From the human T2T-CHM13v2.0 reference genome, Homo sapiens, in assembly GCF_009914755.1 (NCBI RefSeq), contig NC_060928.1: a DNA stretch of 64,000 nt. The stretch is one strand, 5' to 3'. The translations under genes were made by a program, and so were the position numbers. The notes below the pieces were generated by a model. It was not told the origin of the DNA and searched no databases. It was given only the letters and a program-made list of their open reading frames with translations. The stretch's first letter is position 1, and each line of letters opens with the position of its first letter. Of the stretch, positions 28,131 through 42,935 are shown piece after piece.

Positions 28131-28778
28131 TGTATTGTCATACGGGTGCAAACACACCCTTCAATACAGTGCGTTGTGACCAACCACCAATTCCTTTAAG
28201 CCTTTCTCCTTTTAAGTGAGCGTGATGTTAAACTGTGTCAGTAGAGGGCGCTGGAGGAAGAGTCCAAGAAAAAGAGGCTTTCATGATTTGCGGCACAGGC
28301 AGAGGAGTTGAGTGTCAGCCATGCTGGAGCCTGACCAAACCACAGGACCAGGACACAATCCCTCGGCAACCTTGCAGCCTTGCCCGGGGATAACCTGTCC
28401 TCAGCCCTGAGCAGCTTTCCTCAGACCCCTGCCCCAGCGCATCCCATGCACTCTGAAGGCCCTCTTGTCCTGCAGCCACGTAGCACTGCACCCCCATTGC
28501 ACCAGTTGCTGTTCACCTGTTCCCAGCTGCAATCCCGAGGGTTGCCTAGTGTTTGCACACAACTCCATACCAGCTAACTTTCTCTGCTACCGAATGGCCA
28601 AGGCAAACCTCATCCAAGAGCTCTGAACACCTTCCAAATGTTTCCTCCCTCAGCCCTAGGCTACTACCAGTAATTTTCTTAGATCTATGGTTACTTTTTT
28701 ATTAGAGTTTGAAATTATTATACTAAACTTTCCCTGTTAAACCTACTATGTGGTTTCTCTAGAGCCCAGATTGCTACA
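28131..28778 (+). mobile_element. Old ERVL-type solo LTR (LTR41/LTR50-like, family uncertain)
   Basis: TG...CA ends; 3' ttccctgttaaacctactatgtggtttctct; internal cagtagagggcgctggagg. Confidence 0.55.
28236..28254 (+). promoter_or_regulatory. CTCF-like motif inside the LTR
   Basis: TCAGTAGAGGGCGCT versus the CTCF core CCASYAGRKGGCRSY (one mismatch). Confidence 0.5.
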
Positions 28779-28816
28779 GGCTCTGATGTAATTTTCTATA
28801 CCAAACTCCACACCTA

Positions 28817-29292
<476 letters not shown>

Positions 29293-30919
29293 CTGAGTAA
29301 ACAGTTGAAAAATAGTTATAGATCTATGGGGAAACATGTTCTGTGGGAGGCAAGACATGGAGATGAAATGACATATCCAAAAATGTAATTGAGGGTGAGC
29401 TTCAGTCTAGATCTCGTGATTTTTCACTCGTCCTGGGCCTAGATAACACCAGCTACATCACGTGAAGGTCTGTTTATTAACATGCAGCACGTTCTAAAGG
29501 AACACTCAAGATCTGTTTCTTCTCTAGACATCCTGCCCTACTGCTTCAGAGATGTAATGTTTCACTGTGAAAGTTAACCACTAAACAGTTAAAAGGGTTT
29601 TCCCTACCCACACCATGACCACACACACACACAGAAAAAAGTTTTGGTATATCTGACTTCTGAGTTGCATTTATTCCTATCTCCTATCATTTCATTTTTT
29701 TCTTCTTATTTGTAAATGCCACCACTGCTTTTGAAAAACCAGGTTATAATTTACTATATTTTTAAAAAGTCTTAATTATGGATCTTGCAGCCTTCTTAAT
29801 CCATATCTTGTGAGCCATTATTTGAGTTTTCTTTTTTTCTATTTGTCATGTCACATACCTAAGAGTAGAATTTACATTAGTAGTTCTCAAGCCCATGAGT
29901 CCCAAACTAAGAAAAGAGAATCTATGGGTTATATCAGCTTTTGACAGGTAAAATAACATCCTGTTGCAAATATCTTTAATTCAAATTTGTCATGTTCTGG
30001 AGGGCTCATCTCTTTCAAAAGTGCAGAACTCAGAAGGCCAAGAAATGGCAGTAGAAGGTGTGATCTTGAATGTGAAATATCTGTGCAATTACTACATTAA
30101 ATATTCATGCGTTTCAGAGCAAATGAAATTTCTCTCATAATCAACTTGCAGTCACAAACTAGCATGTATCTTATTAATCTCTTAACAGGAATGAGACAAA
30201 ATATAAATTTGAACCATACTAGCAGTTATTGTCTGATCTGCTTTTCCTTAACTTACTAAAGAAAAAAAAATCAACATATGAGAAAAAATGATATGAGACT
30301 TTGTTAGAAAACACTGGCTGAGTCAAACCTTGGAAGATACTATCAATTGAAAATATCTGAATGCATTTTCAGCAAGACTTAACGATATTACAAAATGACA
30401 TCAAGTTACTTGAAATGCATCAGATGTAAAAGTTGAAAAACTTATTGCTAAGAATGTCAAAAACTGAAAAATAATATTAAACAAAGTGGAGCCATGCCTA
30501 ATTCCTATGTTAATACATTTATCATCAATCACCAGTTTCAGATCAACTGCAAATCTTCTATTCTTTCAAAGGTCTCTATACTTCTGATATTTTTAACTTT
30601 CTGAAACTTTACTGTTGTAAGTTTCAATATAGCCTGTAGGTAGCCTGTTTTGAAGAAGTTTCTTTCCATTCGCTATCCTCTCTTTGGTATATTCATGTAA
30701 TCTTTCTCCCCCAAAGCCTATTTCCTTACATCATTTTGAAGCAAAGATTTGGCATTCTTTCCAACTACCTTAAACTCCTCTTCAACCCCCACCCCCAACA
30801 TTGCTATTATCATGATCCTAATACAAGCTCTTATCTTCTTCTGCTTGAATGACTCCAGTAGATTCCAGACTTGTCTTTCTGCTTCCCCTCTGATCTATTC
30901 TTCCATATTGCCTCTAAAG

Positions 30920-32200
30920 TTGTTTGCAGTTAATGATTCTGGAATAAGTATGTATTCATTTTGAAAATAATGAAATTGCATCTTCACCTCACATTAAAGA
31001 CTCAACACCTGATGTGTTATACACTTAATGTAAAAGACAAATCTGTAAAGCTTTCAGGGGGATATGGGAAACTATCTTCAAGGCCTTAGGATAAGAAAAG
31101 CTTTCTTTAGTAAGTCATCAAAAGCAGAAATTAGACATATCTTAGTTTATTAAAATTAATAACTCATCAAAAAGTACATATTAATAAAGTTTAAAAACAC
31201 CCAAGAGTGGGGAAATCTATTGCAGCCCATAAAACCAGCCAACATTCAGGTCCAAAGTATGTAAAATCTTCTACAAAGCAATAAGAAAAGACATACACAA
31301 TTTTTTTAATTAAAAAAAAGGACAGAAGACTTGAACAGGCACTTCATAAAAAAGAAATCCAATGGCTAAAAAATATGAAAATGTGTTACATATTATATAT
31401 AATGCATAGATTATGATATTTATTATAGAATCATATGTATGATTATAAATACCTCATTAGTAATCAGAAAATGGAAATTAAAATCATAAGGAGATTCTGT
31501 CACACACCCACAGATTGGCAAAAATTAAAAGTCTGACAATAACTAGTGCTAGCAAGGATATGGAGCATCAGGAACACTCAAATACAGCTTGTGTCAGGGT
31601 GAAATGGTTCCTGGCACTTTCGAAAATAATTTGGGTCTCTTTCACTTAATTTGAGGATACGTTTATTTTATGACCCTGAAAATTTGTGTTTCTAGAGAAA
31701 CTTGAGTTTCTACTGATACATGTACCAATAGTAAATTGTATAAATACTGTACTTATAAAATGGAAACCTACCTGTCAATGAAAATGAATCAACTATAGCT
31801 ATCCAAAGCAAGTAACAGCATTAATCAAAAGAAGCAAGACACAAAAGGACAAATATGGAATGACTTCATTTACATAAAGTTCAAAAACAGGCGAAACTAA
31901 ATGATAGTGTTTAGAGGTACACACCTCTGCAGAGGTGGTAAAACAATAGAGCTAATCAAGGACTTGATCATCATCATAAGGTCAGGATTGTAGTTTGCAT
32001 TAGGCTTAGAGGGGAGGGTATGAAGAGGAAGGAACTTCTGGCATGCAGGCAACATCCTGTCTCTGACCTGGGTGGTGGATATATGGGTATCTGTTTCATA
32101 ATTCTTAAATAAACAGTACCTTTATGTTTTGTGAACTTTTCTCTATATGTGCTAGACTACAATAGAGTATAACCAAATTTTTAAAAATTTGTCTAGTAGA
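30920..32200 (+). mobile_element. Old L1M (L1ME/MD-type) fragments
   Basis: acagaagacttgaacaggcacttcat; cacacacccacagattggcaaaaattaaaagtctgacaata; aaagttcaaaaacaggcgaaactaa. Confidence 0.75.
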
Positions 32201-32227
32201 CAAATGTGAATAGAAATATATAAACCT

Positions 32228-32768
<541 letters not shown>

Positions 32769-33317
32769 CTAAGTATTTAAAAAAAGATGGATGAAAATCA
32801 AATAAGTGAGAAAAGTCTGATCACTTGAATTTTCAAACTCAAGGAGAGAGAATGCAATTGGCAATATCTTTCTGATCATAGTGGGAAACCCCAGACAAGT
32901 GCAGGCTGCCGCCCTGGCTGGGATGAGAGCTTCAGAGAAACCACTGGTCCTGTTTCCCAGCTGTTTCTAACCCAGGTGACTCAGATCACCTGCTTCATTT
33001 TGTTCTTTTCAATTTTCTCTGGCACAGCTATTATAATGTTTAAAGAGAAAATGAAATATCTTACTTGGGGAATTTTACATATTTGGCTATTCTATTGCTC
33101 CAACTACTGTTACCTTGTACTTGTATAGCTTATTATTATTCACTTGTTCAGTGTACAACATTGAGTTGCTAGTGAGACACAGGTACTGTGCTGGGCACAG
33201 CTCTACAAGAAGTCACTTGTCATGCACAGCCACTGCATTCTTTCATGGACTCTTCCAGCAATGTGATGGGGGAGGCAATGGATAAGTGGTTATTTTTATT
33301 ATTACTAAAATTAGACT

Positions 33318-34630
33318 TTGTATCAGTTGTCTTTTGCTGTAAACAACCTACCCCAAAACTTAGGGGCTTAAAGCAGCATTTTTTTTTCCCAGCTCCAATT
33401 TTGTAAGTCAGCTAAGCAGTCTCCTCTGATCTGGTCTAGCTGTGCTCATATTGGCCAGGCTCTTTAGTGATGCAGCTAGCACCTAGCTGACTTAGGATGG
33501 CCTTGCTTATATGCCTGGCCAGGATGATAGGGAAAATGGGTCACATGTATCCCATCATACTGTAGGCTCACCTGGGCTTCTTCACCTGGCAGAGTTCCAA
33601 GAGCAGCCAAAGGGCAAGCCAAACTGATAGAGACAGGAGGCAGAGAAATTCTGGGAGAGCAGGTCCCTGGTGAGGGCCACATCCTCAAGCTGAAAAGCCT
33701 GATACCATGACCCAAAGTGAGAACTTACATACCTATTTTCTTGCTTGAATGTTGCCTTTTCCAAAACCACCCATGGCCAGCCCCACCACCCATCCTGTGC
33801 CCATAAAAACCCCAGGATTAGCCGGCAGAGAGAAGAGAAGCAGCTGGACATTGGAGACTATGGTTGGATGTCAGAGAGAAGTGGTTTGACTTCAGAGGGA
33901 CAGCTTGACAATGTAGCTTCAGAGAAGAGTCTGGCTGGGAACGGTCAGACTTCAACAGAAGATAACCTTCCCACTCTGTGCCCTTTTTAGCTCTCCTTCC
34001 TGCTGAGAGCCACTTTCATTGGCAATAAAATCCCCCACATTACTGTCCTCAATTTGTTTGTGTGAATTCATTTCTCCTGGCTGGACAAGAACTTGGGTGC
34101 CATGAATGTGGGTGCAAAAGTCTGTCACATTGACCCTCCACTGAGCTGCTAATACTTAAGCCATCTGCAGATGGCAAAGCTAAAAGAGCACTGTATCACT
34201 CCTTCTGCGGCTTCAGAGGTCATGGGCAACCCCCCTAGATGCTGCTACAGGGCCGACATGGAGTTTTGCTCCTGCTGGCATCCAAAAGCATTCGCCCTGG
34301 CTCCTGTGCCCACTCACCTGTGCTCCCCCTCCTGAGAGGGGTGGAACGCAGTGGGACAGCGCAAGTGAGTGGAGTCCAGCCCTGACAGCACTGAAGCAGC
34401 CAGCTAGTTCTAGCACCTGTGCGCTCCAGTTCTTGCCCACAGTGGGGTCAGGGAAATATCCTGCTTCAAAATGAGCAAGCATGTTTGAAGGCTCTGCTTA
34501 CATCACATTTGCTAAAGTCCATTGTTCAAAGCAAAGCACGTGATTTAGCCCAGAATCAGGGCAGCAGGGGACTACCAAGGAATGTGGCTGCAGAATGTGA
34601 TGAATCCACGGCCATCCTTGCAACCCAACA
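33318..34630 (-). mobile_element. MaLR LTR (MLT1H/I-like) split by a nested ERV1 LTR
   Basis: tgtatcagttgtcttttgctgtaaacaacctaccccaaaacttaggggcttaaagc; resumes after 34468 with gagcaagcatgtttgaaggctctgctt. Confidence 0.7.
33625..34468 (+). mobile_element. ERV1 solo LTR (LTR27/LTR1-like)
   Basis: tgatagagacaggaggcagagaaattctggg...gggaaatatcctgcttca; internal AATAAA; TSD aaac/aaat. Confidence 0.85.
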
Positions 34631-36193
34631 CAGCCCTAGAGAAACTTTACTAGGGTCACACAGTTAGTGTGTGGCATTGGGACCACAGCTTATGGCTCCC
34701 TTCAGTTCAATGTTCTTTCCACCAGGGCAAATAAATGCAGGGAATAGGGAAGCAAATGGAGCGGGAGCTGGGGAGGATGTGCAGGGGAAAATGATTAGGA
34801 AGCTGCACAGAATAGTTCAGATTGCAAAGTAATCTTTTTGATCTGAATTTTTTGGTTAATGTGCTAATCTTGTTGAAATCAACTGAACAATTGCACATGT
34901 TTGTTTACAATGCTAATCAATTTCAGAATACTCAAATCATCAACAACATAAATGTGACAATAAACACGCATCCCAGCTTCCTATATCTTTTCATCCTCTT
35001 CCCATCTCCGCAGGGTCAACATCTCAATAGTGCTTTGCAGAGCTTAGGCAGAAATCCTTTATTTCTTTTGTAAGTACTTTTGTAAGTACACATAATATTT
35101 AGCTGGGTTTCACAAAGTGAATGTTCCTTAAGTTTGGTTGACTAAATGATCATTAGCATAAAGAATATATTAAAATATCAAACTATTTTCCCTGGTAATA
35201 TTTACTTTATTATGAGTGTTGTTAATGCTACAAAGACTGTTCAGGCCCCACAATCCAAGGAGTGCCTTCATTTGTATTTTTGGTTTTCTATCACTCAGAT
35301 GTCACATTCAAAACATAACAGCTCTGCCCACAGGTTTGGAAAAGCCAACAGGCATAAATGGTTAAGAGGGCCATGGAGTCAAACACCCCCACCCCACCCC
35401 ACTGGTGTGGCTCTCACTCTCACCCTTTCTAGCTCTTCATCCTCGAGCCGATTGTTAATGCTTTGAGACTAGGTGTTCACATCTGTAAAGTGAGGACCAT
35501 GGTACCTGCCTCAAAGGGTATGTGAAGGATTGAACATTATCTGTTTGCAGCATGCAGCACAGAGCCTGGCTTATGGTGAATATTCTTTAAATGATTACCC
35601 CTACCATTATTAATAGTATTATCATTACAAAACAAATTATTTAAAGAGGGATTCGCTCACAAACTTAGATTGCAGGAGAAACTGGAAGATCTATCTGTAA
35701 GGAATTCTAAGATTCTTTTTTTTTTTTTTTGCTTGTTTTCTAAAGTTCGTTAAATCTCATTTAAAGCAAACCAGAGAAACTATTTCCCGAGTCTTCTGAT
35801 GTATTAATTAGTTCATCTAGGCCTTTCTTTCATCTCCCTATCTCTTTTTCCCTATTCAGAGGACAGATGTTGTTGGCCTACCTTTATGCACTTCCTACTA
35901 CCCAGTCACTCATCACCTTTCCACATATATTCAGAAACATCACAGGTGTGAAAAAAATCAGACTGATAAAAATGCAGGCTAGTCATTTGTTCAAAAACAA
36001 GTCACCTTTCTGAATAAAGATGAGAGATTTTACTAGTAATATTCTTCTTGAAAAAAAAATCATGTTTTCATTCATATATAAGAAAGAGAAGGCAAACTCT
36101 TTGCAAGGGGCAAGTCTTATTCTTCTTTGGGTTCCCATTGTTTCTTTATATATATATATATATTATTATACTTTAACAGTCATTTGCATCTAC

Positions 36194-36409
36194 TAGGAGG
36201 AGAATATCTTGCTGAAACAATAAATGGTTCCTGAAGAACTCAAAGACCCCGAGGAAATTGTTATTAATTTTTCAATCACCATTTTAACAATGAAAAATTT
36301 CAGATTCAAAAAATTAAAATGCAATCCCAAGAGTCATATGGAACTTGTATAGTGAACAAGTCCCAGTGGACTGGTTTTCCAAAAATATCATGGTCATTTT
36401 CATGAAGGG
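36194..36409 (-). pseudogene. Relic exon, FERM2 central lobe
   Basis: atttatttttcaaaaag|CC; reads DIFGKPVHWDLFTIQVPYDSWD; compare MYO15A LKFENELYVTMHYNQVLPDYLKG; 3' boundary uncertain. Confidence 0.5.
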
Positions 36410-36574
36410 CTTTTTGAAAAATAAATACCAACAATACAAAAACATACATATACACAAACATACATACACACACACACATATATAATAGAGGTAGTTGTGT
36501 ATAAGTATGGCCTACTTCAGAGACATGGATTAAAAGGCTACTCTGTGTAAAATTGTTTAAGATACACCAAAAGT

Positions 36575-36883
<309 letters not shown>

Positions 36884-37120
36884 CTATTCAAGTTAAAATT
36901 ATTTTCTACAGCAATTGCTACTATGGTTCTCATTTGTTTAGGTTAATTCACCAACTCCTGTAGTAGTAACTCTGGGAGAGGTAACATAATGAGTCATTAC
37001 CTGTGGAATATATCAGTGTGAATTAATTTATCCAAAGAAAATGAAATAGACTAACTGTTTTTATGTCAAAGGAGGGGGATACAGAGATTCTGAGCATATC
37101 TGGCAGGATACCCTGATAAA

Positions 37121-37420
37121 TTTTTTTGTTTGTTTTTTTGAGATGGAGTCTTGCTTTGTTGCCCAGGCTGGAGTGCAGCATCATGATCTTGCCTCACTGC
37201 AACCTCTGTCTCCTAGGTTCAAGCAATTCTCTTGTCTCAGCCTCCTGAGTAGCTGGAATTACAGGTGCGCACCACCAGGCCTGGCTAATTTTTGTATTTT
37301 TAGTAGAGACTGGGTTTTGCAATGTTGGCTAGGCTGGTCTCGGAATCCTGACCTTAGATGATCTGCCCATCTCAGCCTCCCGAAGTGCTGGGATTACAGG
37401 CGTGAGCCACACGCCCAGCC
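37121..37420 (-). mobile_element. Alu (AluS-type)
   Basis: Full antisense dimer; TSD taccctg(a/g)taaat. Confidence 0.95.
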
Positions 37421-38131
37421 TACCCTGGTAAATCTTAAGCTCACAGGAGACAGGGTAGGAGGGCATGAACACAGGCAATGTAATATGACTCTGCTGGTAG
37501 TTAGGAACTGTTCTCTAAGCCTCAACTTCCTCCTTTGTAAATTAGAAATAATTATTTTTTTTAGCTCATAGATTCACTATGAGAATTGAATTCAATAATA
37601 TGGTTGAAAAATTTTAATGTTTTATTCAAATGTAACAAATTAATAAATGGGTCCTAGAGGTGGGTGGCAGAGGGTCATAAGCACAAAAAACTAACCTGTA
37701 TTAAGATGGGATAGGAGCGTTGATATAAGTAAATGAATACATAAATACATAATATAAGAAATGTCAGTTACTGAAGTTCTGCCTGAAATTACTCCTGAAA
37801 AAACAGTGTAGATATTGTATTCAAGGACATATTATAAAATAAGGATTAAAAATAAGACAAGTTGCTGCATTAAACAGTTTCTCAAACGTGTTTCTGAAGA
37901 ACCCTGGAGACATGAAAGTCAGTTTCTTTCCTTGATCTCTCCTTTATAAAAAAAAAAAAAAGCAACTGCTAAAAAAAAAAAAAAAAGTGGTAGATTTTTA
38001 AGCCCTGGCGTGCTCAGATGCCCATGAGATATGAAATGAGAAAGCTAACTGCTGAACCATATTCATATATAGATTCTATTATTTATATGTAGTTTGTAAA
38101 TGCAGACAAAAAGATCTAGAAACCACACTAA

Positions 38132-38440
<309 letters not shown>

Positions 38441-38579
38441 GAAACCACACTAAACTATTAATAGTGGTTACCTCTAAGGGGAAGAGTAGGGCTAGGGAAA
38501 GGTAGGAAGGAAGACTTTCTTTACATGTTTGTATTATTGAAAAATTTTGCAATCAAACCCTTTAAGGTTTCAAAAAAAT

Positions 38580-38885
38580 TTTTTCTTTTCTTTTTTTTTT
38601 TTTTTTGAGACAGAGTCCCACTCTGTCGCCCAGGCTGCAGTGCAGTGGTGCAATCTAGGCTCACTGTAACCTCCACCTCCCAGACTCAAGTGATTCTCAT
38701 ACCTAAGCCTCCCAAGTAGTAGGACTACAGGCATGTACCACCACACTGGGCTAATTTTTGTATTTTTAGTAGAGACGGGGTTTCGCCATGTTGGCCAGGC
38801 TGGTCTTGAACTCCTGGCCTTAAGTGACCACCCACCTCGGCCTCCAAAAGTGTGGGATTACAGGTATGAGCCACTGTGCCTGGAC
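38580..38885 (-). mobile_element. Alu (AluS/J-type)
   Basis: Full antisense dimer with poly-T. Confidence 0.93.
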
Positions 38886-39443
38886 TATGATTTCAAAAAT
38901 TTACTATAACATATAGCCTTATAAATCACAGTTATAATTTTCTTACCATTGGGAAAGAATGGAGGGTAAAGCCTTGAAGACTAAGTGGGAGCTGGTCAGA
39001 ACACCTATATGGCAGAGGTGTTCAAGTTTCACACGTAATGATGTAATCTGAATAGGAAAAACAGTGAAATGAGATATGAAGTTCTCACCATGGGATTTGG
39101 TATTAGTTCATCACATCAGTATGAACCCCCTCAAATCCCTTGCCATTCCAGCCATGGTTCATACTCTGCACTTCAAGAAATATGAGCTTCAACTATATCT
39201 GCAGGCTAGATAAACCCTCAGAAAGCACAAGTTTAGATCAGGAAAAGCCCCAAAACAGAATCCTCATACTTAAGAGGTGAGCATAAAAAGAAGAGCTAGC
39301 GAAGGAGTCTAGGACACCACACCTGGTCTGAACTGAGAAGGAGACTCTAAAGTGGCAGGAGAAAAGTTCAATGCAATTGCCATTGAAACTAAGGGAGAAA
39401 AAAAAGTTAGAAAGAGAAAGCACCAATTAAGAAAGAAGAACTA

Positions 39444-39578
39444 GGCCAGGCGCCGTGGCTCACACCTGAAATTCCAGCACTTTGGGAGGCTGAGGCAAGA
39501 AGCTTGCTTCAGCTCAAGAGTTGGAGACCAGCCTGGGCAACATAGTGAGCCCTCGTCTCTATTAAAATTTTAAAAAAG
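39444..39578 (+). mobile_element. Alu left monomer (FLAM-like)
   Basis: ggccaggcgccgtggctcacacctg...ccctcgtctctattaaaa; no right arm. Confidence 0.85.
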
Positions 39579-39923
39579 GCATAATCACAAGGATCTGCCT
39601 TCCAATTGGCTCCAAATCCCAAGAAATGACATAAAATAACAACTTTGTAAAAGGACTATCAGTAGAACCATAATTTTAAGAAATTCCTGAGAACAATTAG
39701 ATTGACATCAAATGCATGGAGAAACAAAACCATGCCCCATGTGCACACTGAAGATGATTTAACAGATTTAAAAAGGGTTAACAGATTAATCAAGGTCGAA
39801 TAGGGATTATTTCCAGGAAGCAAGCATAATAGAGACCTCCCCCTTTTCTTATCTATATTATTTTAGTTCCATAATAAATAAGCAGCATTTTGTGATATTA
39901 AGCTATATTTTTAATTAAAGGAA

Positions 39924-40435
39924 TGTATTCATTATCTGTTGCTGAGTATAAAATTAGTCTAAAACAGAGTAGGTTAAAACAATACTTATTTATTATCTCA
40001 TAATTTCTGTAGGGCAGGAATCTGGTCATGACTTCTCTGGGTCCCCTGGTTCATGGTCTCTCACAAGGCTGTAATCAAAGTGTGGGACCAGGGGTTGTGG
40101 TCTCATCTGCAGTCTCAACTAGGGAAGGAGGTGCTTCCTGGTCACTCAGTGGCTGTTGGCAGCATTCATCTCTTTGTAGGCTGCTGGACTGATGGTTTTA
40201 ATTCTTTACTAGTTCTTTTCTAAAGGCAGCTCTCGGTTCCTTGCTTGGGGGCCCCTACAACATAACATCACGCTTTATCAAAGTGTGCGAGCCAAGAAAG
40301 CAACAGAGAGCATCTGCTAGCAAGAAAAAAGTACCAATATTTTATAACCTAATTATGGAAGTGACATTCCCTCAATGTTGCCATGAATAGCAGAGGCAGG
40401 AATCATTGGCACCTATCATAGAGACTGCCTACCAC
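39924..40435 (-). mobile_element. MaLR solo LTR (MLT1F/G-like)
   Basis: tgtattcattatctgttgctg...tttattatctcataatttctgtagggcaggaatctgg...gactgcctaccaca. Confidence 0.8.
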
Positions 40436-41392
40436 AAGGAGTCCTTCTTGCCCAAATTATTACATTTAGATCCATCTGACTCTAAAACTATACCGAAGTG
40501 CTTCAGTTTACAGATGAGGAAACTGTGACTCAAGCAATTCCTTTACTCACCCAAGGTCAAGTCTAGAGTGAGAACCAAGATGTCCTCAGCTCCATTTTAA
40601 TTTTCATTACCTATATTTCGCTGCTTCTAAATCCAAGCACAGATCCTACATCCCAACAGTTTTAGGGTTTGCCTGTGGACAACCCTCCTTCTGAAGATTC
40701 ACCAATAGCATGAAGTCTCTATGTTACTGACATCGTATTGAATCACATAGTAGCTGAGTGACTGTTTAAGGTTTTAGAGTAGCTCCCTTACCTCCCCAAA
40801 AATGTACCTCCCAAGTAAAAATAATATTTCATGCATCTTTATTTTCCTTTAAATCCTAGGAGCTTCCTACCCACAGGAAGAATTTAGTGAACAGTTTGCT
40901 GACTGACAAAAGTTTAAAACTTCAAGGAAGCATAAATGTTAGAGAAAGAAACATGGTATGGCTTGCTACTGAGAGTCAAAAAACATCCTCAAATTGTCAA
41001 ATAAGAATTTCCTTAAGTAATTTTTATGGGATAATATGGGGTCAGTGAATTAATAAGAGCAAGGGTCAGCATCGCCCACGTAGTAAAGTTCAATATGAGG
41101 AAATGTAAAGACCTAAACTAATTCCCACCTCTCAGTCTCTGGCCCTGGGCTAGTTAGCGTTTCTACTCCTTGGGGCCTTCATTTGCATGAGGAGGGCCTC
41201 AGCTTAACTTTTAAGAGTGTCAAAGATATATAAATGACAGTGAAACATTTGGAATGTACAGACCAATGAAAATTTGTAGTAAACATTCAATGTTTGAGAA
41301 GAGAGTAATCACAATTATTTTTATTATTTTTCCAGTGCCCCAATCCACTCCCTTTTCCTCCATACAAAATAAAATCGATCTCTAAATAAACT

Positions 41393-41583
41393 GCAGAGGA
41401 GGAGGTTAAACTAATCATCCTTTTATAACAAACCTACTCCCTCTGTAACAGCACTAATCCATTCATGAGGACGGAGCCCTCATAACCTAATCACCTCTTA
41501 AAAGTCCCACCCTCCCCAACATTGCTGTGTTGGGACTCAAATTTCCAACTTGTGAAATTTGGGAGATATATTAAACCATAGCA
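41393..41583 (-). mobile_element. Partial MST-type LTR, inverted copy of the 5' half of the LTR at 42549
   Basis: Reverse complement closely matches 42549-42735. Confidence 0.85.
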
Positions 41584-41613
41584 CTTGGATATCTACGTGG
41601 ATAAAACAGGTAC

Positions 41614-41751
41614 TTGCAAACTTCTCAGTAAAAACAATAGCTGCACATTTTGTCCAAGGCATTATGAATTCCTCCACATTATAAATTTGCCTCCAAAAAG
41701 AAACGAGAAGGTAGGTTGTAGGAAGATAAGCCGTTTCATTTTTGTGACACT
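41614..41751 (-). pseudogene. Relic exon, FERM2 N-lobe (second half)
   Basis: Strong acceptor ttttcttttttttcccag|AG; 138 nt, stop-free CHKNETAYLPTTYLLVSFWRQIYNVEEFIMPWTK; compare MYO15A CPLSRRAYILDV...GGYMLWFRR. Confidence 0.6.
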
Positions 41752-42548
41752 CTGGGAAAAAAAAGAAAATATAATTATAGCTTCCTCTGCATTCAAAGAT
41801 GAAGAAAATGTTCTGGCATATATTTAGTAATTGGTAGACCTGCTGTCCTAAGCACTGGTACAGCAAGCAATACTAAAACAACAGCTTGTTGCTGTTAAGA
41901 CAGGTGATTTTAACATATGGGCAGGTGAGGATAGCAGTACAGCAGTATGTAAGCAATTAATTCTAATGATACTACTGATAGAAAAGTCTAGAAACACATC
42001 AGCGATGTAACTGAAGTTTTTACAACATTTATACTTTTATTTAAAAGATAGATCTATTTCACATTTGTCTCTACAATCTTATCAAGGTAGACTGGGTTTT
42101 TATTCCAAGATGTGAACTAGTTCTTATATGCTTTGCAAGATTTGAACAGACCAAGTTCTGATTTCCTACATTAGTACGTTCATGATAAGCAAATTTGTGA
42201 TTAGCTATTGGCAGCACAGACACCAGACACACCCTTCTTTACCTTGGGTTGACATTATGCTTTGATATATTTTTAATGGCTTGAATTCCTTATTTTTGGA
42301 AAGGCTTAAAGCAAAAGACTAGGAAAATACTATTAATGCCAGGCTTTGTCCTCCCTCAGAAGATTTGTCTCTTTCCATTCAAATAAAGTAAAGAAGATTC
42401 TGGTTTCCCTCACCAACATCCTTGTAGGTGCCTGAAGCAGGGCAGACCCAAGGTGGGAGAGAGACTGTAATTTCTAGGAATTTCTTCACGTAAATAAAAA
42501 TGCATCAGGATTTAAATACTCCTTCCTCAACAAACACAGGTATCCAAG

Positions 42549-42935
42549 TACTATGGTTTAATATATCTCCCAAAGTTCACATGTTGGAAATTTGATCCCC
42601 AACCCAGCAATGTTTGGGGATGGGACTTTTAAGAGATGATTAGGTTCTGAGGGTTCTGCCCTCATGAATGGATTAGTGCTGTTATGGAGGAAGTGGGTTT
42701 GTTATAAAAGGGTGAGTTCAACCTCCTCCTCTGCTCGCTCTCTCTCTCCTTCCCTCTCCCCTAGCCCCACGTTATGCCTTCCACCACGTTATTAAGCAGC
42801 AGGAAGGCCCTCACAAGATGCTGACCCTGTAATTTTGGACTTCCTAGCCTCCAGAAATTGGGAGGAAATAAATTTATCTTCTTTATAAATTTCCCAGTCT
42901 CAGGTATTCTGTTACAGCAGCACAAAACAAAGACA
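42549..42935 (+). mobile_element. MaLR solo LTR (MSTB/C-type)
   Basis: tactatggtttaatatatctccc...caggtattctgttacagcagcacaaaacaaagaca; 5-bp TSD ccaag/ccaaa. Confidence 0.9.

Noticed and set aside
33065-33130. Possible minus-strand exon ending at a gtaaga donor (SSWSNRIAKYVKFPK)
   Set aside because: No credible acceptor, upstream in-frame stops, and it abuts an L2-like remnant.
34810-34960. Possible missing FERM2 exon (LISIVNKHVQ)
   Set aside because: The position fits, but similarity is weak and no splice sites could be assigned.
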